A stretch of DNA of 63,650 nt, filler included, from Octopus bimaculoides (GCF_001194135.2; 7 parts of 5 records of this genome joined end to end with filler, not necessarily neighbours in it); one strand, 5' to 3'. Counted from the first letter of the whole stretch, positions 1 through 12,980 are shown. Notes: generated by a model from the sequence alone, not told the origin. Translations and numbers: made by a program.

Positions 1-99
1 GATGCCGAAATATACGTTTCTTAAGGATATTAAATTGATTAAATACATTAGATCTGGTACGTTTTATTGCAATCTTACAAAACAAGCAGCTTACTTTTG

Positions 100-174
100 T
101 GTCATATATACATACATATATACATATATACATACATACATACATATATACATACATATATACATATATTCCGG

Positions 175-252
<78 letters not shown>

Positions 253-1080
253 TATAGATAGATAGATAGATAGATACGTACATGCATACGTAAGTAGGTA
301 GGTAGGTAGTTAGGTAGGCAGGCAGGTAGGTAGGTAGGTAGGGAGGTAGTTAGGTAGGTAGGTAGGCAGACAGGTAGGTAGGTAGGTAGGCAGGCAGGCA
401 GGTAGGTAGGTAGGTAGTTAGGTAGGTAGGTAGGTAGGTAGGTAGGTAGGTAGGTAGGTAGGTAGGCAGGTAGGTAGGTGGGTAGGTAGGTAGGTAGGTA
501 GGTAGGTAGGNNNNNNNNNNNNNNNNNNNNNNNNNNNNNNNNNNNNNNNNNNNNNNNNNNNNNNNNNNNNNNNNNNNNNNNNNNNNNNNNNNNNNNNNNN
601 NNNNNNNNNNNNNNNNNNNNNNNNNNNNNNNNNNNNNNNNNNNNNNNNNNNNNNNNNNNNNNNNNNNNNNNNNNNNNNNNNNNNNNNNNNNNNNNNNNNN
701 NNNNNNNNNNNNNNNNNNNNNNNNNNNNNNNNNNNNNNNNNNNNNNNNNNNNNNNNNNNNNNNNNNNNNNNNNNNNNNNNNNNNNNNNNNNNNNNNNNNN
801 NNNNNNNNNNNNNNNNNNNNNNNNNNNNNNNNNNNNNNNNNNNNNNNNNNNNNNNNNNNNNNNNNNNNNGGTAGGTAGGTAGGTAGGTGGGTAGGTAGGT
901 AGGTAGGTAGGTGGGTAGGTAGGTAGGTTGGTAGGTAGGAAGGTAGGTAAGTAGGTAGGTAGGTAGGTAGATAGGCAGGAAGGTAGGTATGTATGTAGGT
1001 AGGTAGGTAGGTAGGTAGGTAGGTAGGTGGGTAGGTAGGTTGGTAGGTAGGCAGGCAGAGAGGTAGATAGATAGATATAT
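100..1080. repeat. Compound tetranucleotide microsatellite (TACA/CAGA/GATA/GGTA)n spanning an N gap
   Basis: Direct reading; accounts for the LPTY-type ORFs in the track. Confidence 0.97.
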
Positions 1081-1084
1081 ACAT

Positions 1085-1685
1085 ATGTTTCTTTATTAGC
1101 CACACAGGGCGGAACACAGAGGGGACAAGTTACAAGGTAGAGCTTTTCTATTCGGGGAGAAGAGATTTTCGATCAAAAGTGATCGTAAAAAAAAAGAAAA
1201 AAAAACGATCGTGCATTACAGAAATGTCATGATGTAAAGTGTAAATGGGGAAACAGATTAGGTTTATCCGTTGGAAGAAAACCCTACGGAAAAGACCACG
1301 GTAACCTTGACCAATAATGCCTTACAGAAAATCACATTATAGTAAATGACTCTCTTTTTACCTTTTTTTTCTGGTTCATAGGTTGCCATCCTTGCTACAT
1401 TCACCCATCCGAGGTTTGCCATCTTTGCCATCCTTGCTACATTCACCCATCTTTTCTTGAAGCATTCAGTAGACAAAACTTCCCTCTCTACTCTTACCTT
1501 CCTCTTCAAGTGATACTTGAAGAAGTTGATGAGTGATTGACCAGAGGGGAAAGTGTTTGTCTGTAGACATTTCGGACGCGTCCACCTTACACATTCTTTC
1601 GCCATAGCCACAAGAACGATGAAAATGGCTCTTCCTTCCCGTTTCAAAGTAGGAGGCGCAACAATATTCACAATGTGGCAGAGAT
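1085..1685 (-). mobile_element. Tx1/L1-clade LINE, 5'-truncated 3' fragment (ORF2 C-terminus plus 3' UTR)
   Basis: Translation IVNIVAPP...IVLVAMAKECVRWTR...GQSLINFFKYHLKRKVRVEREVLSTECFKKRWVNVARM resembles the Tx1 ORF2 C-terminus and is homologous to 43700-44100; AATAAA on the minus strand at 1097-1092. Confidence 0.75.
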
Positions 1686-1899
1686 ACGCATACCGATGTA
1701 TGTTGTATCCCATGCACACAAAAGAGAAATATGTCACAAGGGCGTTGCTTTGCACGTTCAGGAAGACATCACACCACAAATTTTGTCATTGAAACTTTGT
1801 TTATGATAGAATTATATTGCATTTACAGCAACTTTTGTGCTTATATGTATATTATATCGGTCACCCACTGCCTCAAATCACGAAGCTACAGTTGAGGAA

Positions 1900-2735
1900 A
1901 GCATTATAATGATAAAAGAAGTACTAAGAAATCTAGATTGATGCAGTAATCTTCACTTGACGGGTGACTTCAGCGTCTGCAACACCTGAGTAGAAAAAGG
2001 CGACAGGATATCAAGAATAAAACACAAAGAGAGCAATCAAGCAAACTCTCTGCTTGATCTAACAAAAATGCTGTTGATGGAGAGGATCATTCTCTCTCTA
2101 ACCAGAAACTCTAACATTAAGCCTCTGTTGCACCAACAATATTCAACTTATTCACAATACGAACAAATTACCGAGTCTTCTCAGACCACAGCATGATAGA
2201 ACTGACGATGTTTGGTCCAAAACTAGTTAACTACGCATGTATTCCCCCAAAAACCTATCAAATTTTATCTACTACAAGGCTGTCTTGGATTCAATTGTAA
2301 AACAGATCTTCCAGCAAAATTGACATAACAGTGTCTCTATGCAAGACTTTGATACGAAACTTAAAACGTTGATCTCCATATTATGAGCCATATGCTTCAA
2401 ATTTGTCCCAGAGAAGAGAGCCGCTACGTACATAAATATAGTTCCCCGAGACTTGTGAATCCTTATGAGACGGAGATTAAAGATCTCAAGTTACTTAAGT
2501 AAACAACTTAATCTTCAAAGATTCACACTTGGAGATCTAAAGTAAACTCATAGTCTCCCTTGAAATGGACAGGGCGGAAAGAGAAACTTCAATAAGTTTA
2601 CGAGAGAATCTACATCGTCGCGATGCAAGTAATAGCCACTGTTAGAGAAGACGGCTGAGTAACTGCAGAACCCAGGAAGACTAGTGTATTGCTAAATAAC
2701 CAATTTCAAAGTGTCTTCACGTCTTTACAGGGAAA
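1900..2735 (+). mobile_element. Decayed CR1/L2-type LINE (endonuclease to RT linker region)
   Basis: Fragmentary motifs LTGDFS (GDFN-like), DHSMI (SDH-like) and LLNNQFQSVFT; many stops and frameshifts. Confidence 0.6.
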
Positions 2736-3156
2736 TATGCAAATAAGTAAGCCTGAAGAGTTATTCATCACCGTAGATTTCCATTTGAAAGTTGTAACCA
2801 GCGATTACATCGGCATTTTTTCAGAAGGGCAACTCGGTGAAAATTTGGAATTGAAAGCCGTAAGAGGCACTAAACTGAACGGTACTGAATGGCAATAAGG
2901 AGTAGATGCGCAGGTCTTCAAGCAGTATGTGAACAAAGTTTAATCAGAGATACCAGATGAACCCATAATTCTGGAAGGGGACACAAAGTAAAGCAGCTCC
3001 TTTAGAGTCACTACTTCACCCGAAACAATACAGGAAAGAAACCCAAACACATTGAAAGGCGGTGATCCAGCATGGCAGTAGAATCTAGCTGAAACCAGCA
3101 AGCGATATTAGAAAATATACATAACACTTGTGGATGTGTGTAAATCTATTTATCTG

Positions 3157-3190
<34 letters not shown>

Positions 3191-3193
<3 letters not shown>

Positions 3194-3870
3194 AAAAAAA
3201 TCGGAATACGAACGTAACGGACAATACAAAATCAAACGGACAGATAGACGATATAAAAGTGGACAGGAAAAACCAGGAGGGAACATTCATGGCTTACTTT
3301 CGTCAGCCGAGCTTCAAATCATCATTACACTTGAGACAGTTCAAAATTCGTAGGCTCCAAAAATCTAAGGTAAGAGCATTAAATTTTAGGAAGAAAGTTA
3401 GCGAATATATGCGACAACACAGACGAAAAAAAAACGGAGAAAATATTACACAATTACAAATACAACCAACAAGAACGACAGGTGTCTTTCGACTAATAAG
3501 AATAAGTTAAATTCAGGTGGCGTGTAAAGTGAAAGCCTTAAAGCAGAAACATAGATGAAAGTCAGGAGACAAGGAAATAAAGCGAAGTGCGGGCGGCTGT
3601 GAAGCTAAGAAAGAAAAATCATGCCTGGCCGAACACCGATCACGTGGGAGGAACAGAGAGAGGTAGGAAGCAGAGGGATTGGAGAATTAGGGAATGAACT
3701 AGAGAGAGATGGAGGAGGAGACAGGGAAATATACAGGGGAGATAACAGAGGAAAGTATAGAGTTTAAATTAAGAGAATGCCCACAAATGTGAGAGAGGGG
3801 GAGCGAGAAAAAGAAAAGAGGAAAGGGAGAAGAAAATCGTACAGAATTTAGATCCAAATTGAGCCAAAGT
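3191..3870 (-). mobile_element. Penelope-like element 3' fragment, family P3, copy 1
   Basis: Homologous to 3895-4291 and 4292-4718; ends at a (TA)n tract; degenerate CTGACGA...GAATGTT motif on the minus strand; class assignment is inferred. Confidence 0.5.
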
Positions 3871-3894
3871 TGTACGTACGCCGCTATATGTGTA

Positions 3895-4291
3895 TATAAA
3901 TCCAAAAATCGGAATATGAACGTAACGGCCGACATTAAAAACATACGACAGATAGATGATGCAAAGACGAACAGAAAAACTAGGCCGGAAGATACCTGGC
4001 TTTCTGCCATCAGTCTAACTTCCAATCATCATTACAGTTTCGGCCTATTACACTTGAGACTGTTCAAAATCGGTACGCCCCAAAACTCTAAGCTAAGGGC
4101 ATTAAATTATTGGAAGAAAGCAAGCGAATATGTGCGACAACACGGACAAAAAAAAAAGAGAAAATGGAGAAAATGTTATACGACTACAAGTACAAACAAC
4201 AAGAACAACAAGAGTCTTTTGACTAATAAGGACAAGTTAAAAAGAACTGGCGTTTAAAGTGGAAGCCTTAAAGCAGAAACATAGATGAAAG
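3895..4291 (-). mobile_element. Penelope-like family P3, copy 2 (direct repeat of copy 1)
   Basis: Aligns by eye with about 3195-3565 (aaaaatcggaata...gcagaaacatagatgaaagtc). Confidence 0.5.
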
Positions 4292-4718
4292 TCCTCTCTC
4301 AGTGTCTCTCTCGTGCGCGCTCTCTCTTGTTCCTTCCCTAATATTTCAATCTCTCTGCCTTGTACCTCTCTTTGTTCCTCCCACGTGATCGGTGTTCGGT
4401 CAAGATAATCTTTCTTTCTTGCCTTGACTGCCGCCTGCACAGCACCTTATTTTCTTATCTCCCGTCTTTCATCAATGTTTGTGACTTAAGGTTTCCTTTC
4501 TCTTTACGTGCTCGCTCAATTTAACTTCTTATGAGTCTAAGACACCTGATGTTGTTCTTACTGCTTGTATTTGTAATCTTATCTTCTTCCCAAAATTTAA
4601 TTGGGGCCTACCAATTTTGAACATTCTGAAGTGTAACAGGCCAACACTGTAACGATGATTGAAAGCTTGGCTGATGAAAGAAAGCCTTGAATGTTCTGTC
4701 CTGGTTTTTCCTGCATTT
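4292..4718 (+). mobile_element. Penelope-like family P3, copy 3 (inverted relative to copies 1 and 2)
   Basis: Contains ctcccacgtgatcggtgttcgg, the reverse complement of ccgaacaccgatcacgtgggag in copy 1; runs into a gap followed by (TA)n. Confidence 0.5.
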
Positions 4719-4846
4719 NNNNNNNNNNNNNNNNNNNNNNNNNNNNNNNNNNNNNNNNNNNNNNNNNNNNNNNNNNNNNNNNNNNNNNNNNNNNNNNNNN
4801 NNNNNNNNNNNNNNNNNNNNNNNNNNNNNNNNNNNNNNNNNNNNNC

Positions 4847-4880
<34 letters not shown>

Positions 4881-5714
4881 GTAAATCACGTATGTGTATA
4901 TATGTTTTTACATACAAATATATTATGTATGTATGTATGTATGTATGTATAATGAGATATACATCAAATTTTCTATTCCTTTAATACAAAAAAATTAAAA
5001 TATACTTTTGATACTTGATGATAAATAACTGGTTTATGAGAATGGTGCAAACATCTATATGCAAACTCTAAAACTATTTTTTCCTATAATGATGTCATTA
5101 CACAGGCGATTATGTATAGTTGCTGTAGCATCAACTATTAACGGAAGATAGCCTCATTTTCTATTTTACATAATGTTTTCAATTCAATGATTATTTCTGT
5201 GTAATTGCTCAAGTTGGTCTCTTCTGTATAATATAATTATTCACTGTCGATGATATTTACAAAAACCTATTGTCATTTTCGTCGTGGACAAAAGTATCAA
5301 GTGTTTTGTGTACTGTATAATATTCTTTGTTGTATATTAATCCTCTCTCCATAGAAAAGTTTAGATAACACCCGTGTGGTTGTTTTATAGACACAACTGA
5401 TGGTAATTGATGAGGCACAAATATCAATAGGAACTACTGAAAACTGATGCTCTCTTTTTCGACTTAGAGGGTCAAATGTAAGCCATGAATAAATGTTTAG
5501 TATGAATTCTGGTATGTAGTTTGTAGAAATAACCTATCGTTGACCAACGTACGTTGGACGACGTCTTGAAGGGTATTTATCAGGTTGGCTTTATGACAGA
5601 TATCCAGAGTTTTCTTTGAGTCGAATGCGACTGTATTATTTAATAATAATAATAATTTTACATATTTTAAATATTTTAAATTTCCCTCAAAATAAGTTAA
5701 GAAACTTACCTATT

Positions 5715-6090
5715 AACAGTAATATCTACGGCTTCTGTGAATAACTATCCTTTCTTTTTTCCCTGAGTATTCGAAAATGTAAACATCCTTTTTATTCTAA
5801 AAACACTACAGTTTTCTCCATTCGGACATACAAAAGACCATCTTTAGGAAATTTTAAAACTTTAATTTCTACAAATTCCCGTGAAGATTTTATTCTACTT
5901 TTCTTTTCCCTTTCTCCCTGAGTATTCAAAATTGTAAGCATCCTTTTTATTGCAAAAGTATTACAGTCTTCTCTCATCGGACATACAAACGAATATCCAC
6001 AGAAAATTTAAAAGCTTTAATATCTACAATTTTGTGTGAAAATTATATCTGTTTTTTCTCTCTCACTGCCCGAATATGTAAACAACTTTT
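5715..6090. repeat. Degenerate tandem repeat, period about 155 bp, about 2.4 copies
   Basis: ccctgagtattc recurs at 5761 and 5916, and the downstream ggacatacaaa and ctacaa blocks also recur. Confidence 0.75.
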
Positions 6091-6129
6091 TTGCAATAAC
6101 ACAAATGTACGATAAAATAATAAATTAAG

Positions 6130-6480
6130 GAGGCAAGTACCGGCTACTATGTACTTTATTCATACTCTCCATTGAGAGGGTGCTCCTTTCGAAGGTAATC
6201 AATGAACACAACATTTTCTGCATGCCAAAGAACTGAGGCCATCACCTTTCCTGCAGATGATATTGTTTGGCCTTCTTTGGAGAAGGTGAAAAGGAGTATT
6301 TCCACTGCATAAATTGTCTTTTCGTCTCTGGCTCAAAGTGATGAATCCCACTCATCCTGGTTTTGGAAACATTCAAGCAGACAAGCTGAATCTGCCTCAG
6401 ACATTGTCAGATCTTCGCATGATGCTATCAAGCTGAAATTTTGACGACGTGCCCAGCAGAAACATTCGTTATGCAAAGTT
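6130..6480 (-). mobile_element. Mariner transposase fragment (DD34D catalytic region), pseudogenised
   Basis: Frameshifted translation NVSAGHV...DE.WIHHFEPETKRQFMQWK...TISSAGKVMASVLWHAENVVFIDYL...NGEY. Confidence 0.85.
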
Positions 6481-7039
6481 CATTGTACAGTATATTCTTA
6501 ATACTCTTAGACATTGGTTATTTTGTTTTTATGTCAATCGCATGTTATCCATCACCATGTAATGAAGAATATCAATGATTTCCTCGGTGGTGGCAGTTGT
6601 AGGGTGTACAGAACTTGGGTCATCTTCAAGACTTTCCTCTCCCTCCTAAATCCAGCTTCTCAATTTTGCGCAGGCCAGAAAACTAGAACGTCATCGCCTA
6701 TGTAGCAACCATGTCAGCTTAAATGTACTTGAAAGCTAAATATTTTTTCTGCAGGTAATTTATAACTCTACATTGCTAAACTTGTCGATTTTCAAGAGAA
6801 ATATTAACTAGTAAATTTTGACGTCTTTGAAGTCAGATGTCATTTTACCCGGAGAGAATCAATGCAATTGTTAATAAGATGTGTTAAAATCAATGTTTGC
6901 TAAATTTCTCAGCTCTACCGTCAGTTCTTCATAGTCAGCCTACGAACGTTTCAGTGCAATCTCTTATATGTGAGTGTGTATTACAAGCAATATATATGTA
7001 TAGGGGTATATAACATCATGTCATACACGCACGAATATA

Positions 7040-7074
7040 TGTGCCAGTGTGTGTTTGAGTGTGTGTGAGAGTGT

Positions 7075-7123
<49 letters not shown>

Positions 7124-7135
7124 TGTGTGTGTGTA
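7040..7135. repeat. (GT)n microsatellite
   Basis: Direct reading. Confidence 0.95.
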
Positions 7136-9029
7136 AGCACATATATGCACATATTACGTCTTGATAATTTATATTCGGTACAGGTATATTTTGAGAGATA
7201 TGTAGGATATAGAACACTGACTGTCTGTAGAATGAGAGACATTCAGGTTTCCAAAGGGCGACTATTTTCCTTCTGCATGAATGACAGGCTTTTGATATAT
7301 ATTTATATTTGCTTTCAAAGTTGGAAATTAATCATATTTCGCGGCAGTACTCATATGATATTATTGCAAATCTATCAATACGTGCTTTTTTTTTTTTAGG
7401 TTTTTTTTTTAATTTTAATCCCATGGAAGATCTTGCCTGATATGCGTATATTTCACGCTCACGATGAATAATACTGCAATTGAGATAAGTAGAAAAAATA
7501 TTCTACATGGTCCCATGCACTTATTTAAAGAAATCAAATACGTATGTTTAGCATGTGAGTATTGGAAAGATATTAGATCAAAGAAACATATGCGTGGACC
7601 ATAAATAGATTATAGATTTTGCTTGCATCAGAGAAGAAATGAAATCCATAAACAATGGGTTACTTATCGGCAGTAGTTATAGATTGAAAGGCTTTTATGG
7701 TAAAAGTTACACTCTAAATAAGTAAATATAATTGTTATATAAATCTCTCCAAGAAAGTCTATGTCGCTTCGGAATTTTATTCACGGTTTCACCCATTGTC
7801 AATCATAAGAGTTTCAAATAGATGATTTACGCCTCAGCGCTCATTGAGCTATCATTTTGCCGTTTTACAACTTTATTGATTTTCGAAATAAAATCCCAAG
7901 CTTGCAATCGATTTTTTTTATTTTTTACCATCTTCTTCAAATTGTCACATATATATTATTTCTTTACTTCCTATGATACTTAAAGAAAATTTTCGCTAGT
8001 CATTTTGCAATTATCCTTTTTTTTTTTAAATCAATATTCAATAATCCTTCAAAATTCAATTAAGTCGTCATTTACAAATTGTGAATTTTCACTTATAAAT
8101 TCGTACAATTTTACGAGAAAAGGTACTTGGAGGTGTAAAAATATTTCATTTTCCTAAAATAATATTAATCTCATATAGACATTTTGTATATAGGAATAAA
8201 AACATAGCGTGGAAGCTTGCGGGATCGATACATTAACGGGCGTTTATCTGATTTGGTTGCGGCTTCAAATAATATCAATTGAATTAACAAATGATTAAAA
8301 TCAACTATGGAAATGCTGCAGTCTTTGAATCCCTATAAAATCTCATTCTGAGTTTTACATTGAATGATAGAAATTTGTTGATTACGTAATATAACAATTA
8401 CTCATAATAAATTAAAGTACATTTAAAGATAAAGTTTGTATTTATTGTTATAATTACATTCTTACAAAGAATGTAATAGAATTTCACTTTACGCACACAC
8501 ATGCAAACACACATATGTATATATTGATGCGGCTTAAAAAGTTGAAAGTTATATGCCACCTTGAAATAGAAACAGAATCCATATATATGATATCGGAATA
8601 TATTATATAATTAATGCATCTTAAAATTTGATCTAATCAGTAAGTACCTCAATAAATGATTTAAAACAACTGGAAAAAATTATATTATAGCCACGATTTT
8701 CTGTAAAGTCAGATATAAATGTATACCGGCAAACATTACATGGAATTTAATTAAAGAAGGACACACAGCATTTATAATTTTAGCATTATTCTCTACAAGA
8801 ATATGAAAAGCTATATGGAAGACATCAGCATGCATTAACATATAACCACAGTCATAAACAGACTTACAACGTCGACTTCATCACTCTTTTTATTACTTGA
8901 TTCTCTCTCAGACTTACTACACACGCTCACATAAACACGCGTGCACACACACGTGCACGCATGTGCACACACACAGAGGAACGCACATATACCCCCACAG
9001 AGAAAACTCCACGTACGGACATACACATA

Positions 9030-9292
9030 TACAGACTCATATACACGCAGTCATTTCAGAACGTAACAAAATGTGGATCGTGGGTGATTTTTTTCTTCCG
9101 TCTTCTTTTTTTTTTTGTCGAACTTTCCTCCGTCTTCTGTTTCTGACGAGAGCTTTGCTCGAAACGTAAAACTACCTTTCTTTCCTTCCCTGAGCGCCTG
9201 CTAATACTTTACATGTACCAAGTCCTCGCGCTCTTGTTTTCTTCTTGTGTTTGTTCTTCGTTTTTTGTGGGGATATATATATTTATATATAT
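9030..9292 (+). mobile_element. Penelope-like pLTR fragment (family P1) ending in (TA)n
   Basis: Contains a minimal hammerhead motif; downstream ccctgagcg...ctaata...gtcctcg resembles the copies at 17.4 and 32.3 kb. Confidence 0.65.
9139..9172 (+). ncRNA. Minimal type I hammerhead ribozyme with canonical core
   Basis: GTTT-CTGACGA-GAGC-ttt-GCTC-GAAA-CG-TA|AAAC: stem I GTTT/AAAC, stem II GAGC/GCTC, palindromic ACGT stem III, predicted GUA cleavage after 9168. Confidence 0.75.
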
Positions 9293-9777
9293 NNNNNNNN
9301 NNNNNNNNNNNNNNNNNNNNNNNNNNNNNNNNNNNNNNNNNNNNNNNNNNNNNNNNNNNNNNNNNNNNNNNNNNNNNNNNNNNNNNNNNNNNNNNNNNNN
9401 NNNNNNNNNNNNNNNNNNNNNNNNNNNNNNNNNNNNNNNNNNNNNNNNNNNNNNNNNNNNNNNNNNNNNNNNNNNNNNNNNNNNNNNNNNNNNNNNNNNN
9501 NNNNNNNNNNNNNNNNNNNNNNNNNNNNNNNNNNNNNNNNNNNNNNNNNNNNNNNNNNNNNNNNNNNNNNNNNNNNNNNNNNNNNNNNTTAATTATTTTT
9601 CATTCCTTTTGAAGATTGCAATTAAAATGTGGTTTTGGTCGTTTTGACTACATCTTCTAGCGTGTAACAACTGCCTGTTGAAGGCAGTTTTCTTTTGTGT
9701 TTAAATGTACACTATTTTATATTGAGAATATGTTGTCTATTGACTTTTTATACATACTAGGCCACTGGTAGTAAAAT

Positions 9778-9795
9778 TACCCCACAAAACCCATT

Positions 9796-9883
<88 letters not shown>

Positions 9884-9900
9884 TGTGTGTGTGTATATAT
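9778..9900. repeat. (TA)n(TG)n microsatellite
   Basis: Direct reading. Confidence 0.95.
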
Positions 9901-10065
9901 CCTTTGCTTCAGTAGTGAGACTGCAGATATGCAGGGACACCAACTTGAAGAATTTTTAGGGGAATGAATCTATCTCAGAACTTATTTTTTAAGCCAAGTA
10001 CTTGTTCCATCGGGTACATTTTATCGAACAGCTAAGTTATGGAAATGTAAGCGCACGCACACACA
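9900..10065 (-). mobile_element. SINE family B, degraded 3' fragment
   Basis: Matches the 3' half of the full copy at 34465-34925. Confidence 0.55.
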
Positions 10066-10099
10066 CACAGTTTCACGCACCCACACACATAATGTTAGG

Positions 10100-10450
10100 C
10101 CACTTACGATTGCCATAATTAATACATGGAATGCGATGCACTTGTCGAGTTGTCGGCAAAGAAAGTCTTCTCACCAGGCTTCTTCAGCGAAGATGCTGGT
10201 AATATAGCAGGGCAAAAGAAATGGTACCAGTCCATATTGCGAATCACCTGAGCAAATAGTGCAGGAATATAGAATAATTCTAGTTGGTAAACAAGAACGA
10301 AGGTAGATTGTATAGGAGTAACCGACACCTACTTCAACTTAGAGACAGTCTCGGAGAAAGACACTTTATGTAGAAACTAAAGAATCTCTGTCACACACAA
10401 GTACTGCTTGGGAACAGACACTGGATCTTTCACGAACTTCTTCAGTGACG
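10100..10450 (+). mobile_element. Possible Ty3/Gypsy integrase C-terminal remnant
   Basis: EGRLYRSNRHLLQLRD resembles the G..YRRNRRHL motif, with an upstream FSPG; heavily decayed. Confidence 0.3.
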
Positions 10451-10749
10451 CCAAGTAATAGATCATAGTGTGTTAAGCGACAGGCTGTATGTAATTACAA
10501 ACGCTCACGTAGTCGGTATGTAGTACTTGTCCTTTATTTTCTTTTTTTTTTCAAGCTATAGCAGGAACAACTCAAGTAACGAGAGAAACCTTTCTAAAGA
10601 AAGAACGGTTAAAAAAAGTTTTCTTAGTTTATGAGTAAGTTTGCAGACTCGTGACTGGAGATTTTCTACTATTTTCGAAATTCCACGTCAACATCCCGAC
10701 AGAGTTTCAACTTTTATCGACCTGCCGGTGCTGGCACACGAATTGACAT

Positions 10750-11129
10750 TTACCGTACGTACGTACGTACGTATGTACGTACGTATGTATGTATGTATGT
10801 ATGTATGTATGTATGTATGTTTGTATGTACGCATGTATGTATATATGTATGTATGTGCTTATATATATATATATGTATATGTATATATATATNNNNNNNN
10901 NNNNNNNNNNNNNNNNNNNNNNNNNNNNNNNNNNNNNNNNNNNNNNNNNNNNNNNNNNNNNNNNNNNNNNNNNNNNNNNNNNNNNNNNNNNNNNNNNNNN
11001 NNNNNNNNNNNNNNNNNNNNNNNNNNNNNNNNNNNNNNNNNNNNNNNNNNNNNNNNNNNNNNNNNNNNNNNNNNNNNNNNNNNNNNNNNNNNNNNNNNNN
11101 NNNNNNNNNNNNNNNNNNNNNNNNNNNNN

Positions 11130-11184
<55 letters not shown>

Positions 11185-11270
11185 AGAGTGAGAGAGAGAG
11201 ACAGAGAGTGACAGAGAGAGAGATAGAGAGAGAGAGAGAGATTAGATAGATAAATACATAAATGCATGCA
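10750..11270. repeat. (TACG/TATG/TA/GA)n compound microsatellite with gap
   Basis: Direct reading. Confidence 0.95.
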
Positions 11271-12704
11271 TGTATCTACGTCGAACTACTTTTACTTCTA
11301 TAAGTATATTTGCACCACAAGTTGAGTACTCTAAATTCTTCATACCTATTACTAAAAAGACCATATCACGCACCCACATACCTGTACGCAAACGTATAAA
11401 TGATATACTCATATGTAAATGGGCGCGTGCTTGCGAGCGATCGTGTGCAAGTATGCTCTAATCGTATGGTAAGTATGTTAGATGAAGTTTAATTTATTGG
11501 ATATAGTGGTAGCTACCCTACAATAGTGATAATTATTATTCGGCACCACACAAAAGTTGTTTTATAAAGCTTATCTAAATTATTTCTAGCTTCTTTCTAA
11601 AGTCACCTATATATTTATCATTCCATTCATTCTTCTAGTTTATCTTCCAGCCATCTTAACGTATGCAAGTTGAACGGAAAAAAATCGACCACAAACACAA
11701 TGATGGTTTTTAAAAGGAAACGTAAAATACACTATGCAGTTTATTCATTACTTTGAAATGAGATTCAAAAATCACCAGCATTGCATTCAAATAAACCGTA
11801 TTGACCTATTCTAGCAAATAATTATCTTTCCACTTCTAAAACTTTTCTTAGCTGTGTTTACTTTCAGAAATGGAAACCGATATATAATTAACCTTTAATA
11901 TGTGTATATACCTTAACAAAATATAAATAGTTTCATTGCATCTTACTATTACATAAAGCATCTTCACATTCAACAATATTCTGATCAATTTGGGAAACTT
12001 AGCTAATACAAATAAAATTCGAAAGTCAATAACAATTTTATATATCTCTTACGTTTCTAATTAATCTAGAAACTTCTTGTCTATTCTAGGATTGTACGGA
12101 TCTCTGCTTATCCTTAACACAAAAGTGGCTTTTGGTTTTCTATACTAACACTATACTTTGAAATTAATTTTTGTAAATGTAATTACGAATTTATGCTCTA
12201 CATGGATTAGTTTCTTGAAACAGGAGTAAACAAATTATCTTAAGGATAAGTGTATCACAAGACTTATTTAATTACAACGATAATTGACTTCTGTGGGTAT
12301 TCTTTTTCTTCATTAGATATTTTCTGTAATGAATATAGAGTGAAAGATGGTACCTTCAGTCAGAGATGGTCACACGGACTGCTAGAAATAGTGGGCATAT
12401 TTCTCTTAATTCAAAGTCCCCAAATGATATTCGATTGTAGTAATTTATTGTTCATGGATCCGTCACAGCACATTTGCTCTTGAAATTGTCAATATCCACG
12501 ACAAAAGAATTTCATGTAAGTTTTCAAATTTAATGCAAAAAATATTTCGGTAGTCGTGACATCAAAACTGTAGGTTGTTTTAGTTGCATAGGGCAGTAAA
12601 ATTTTTTCGACGGATATAACAATTCAGTACCTTAAAATAAGATGTAGCGTTTTGGTATGCAGTTTTTGTTTATTTATCTGCATTTTCATCGTAAGAATAG
12701 CTCT

Positions 12705-12726
12705 TTCACTTCTCTCTCTCTCTCTC

Positions 12727-12786
<60 letters not shown>

Positions 12787-12980
12787 NNNNNNNNNNNNNN
12801 NNNNNNNNNNNNNNNNNNNNNNNNNNNNNNNNNNNNNNNNNNNNNNNNNNNNNNNNNNNNNNNNNNNNNNNNNNNNNNNNNNNNNNNNNNNNNNNNNNAA
12901 GAAGAAGAAGAAGAAGAAGAAGAAGAAGAAGAAGAAGAAGAAGAAGAAGAAGAAGAAGAAGAAGAAGAAGAAGAAGAAGA
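12705..12980. repeat. (CT)n, gap, (GAA)n microsatellites
   Basis: Direct reading. Confidence 0.95.

Noticed and set aside
102-1117. Long ORFs of LPTY, YIYI, THTH, poly-N, poly-L or poly-X type throughout the track
   Set aside because: They are translations of microsatellites and N gaps.
10175-10247. Minus-strand 73-nt exon-like segment (AG|GTGATT...CCTG|GTGAGA) open in two frames
   Set aside because: The opposite strand looks like a decayed Gypsy integrase tail and no protein is recognised, so the splice signals may be chance.
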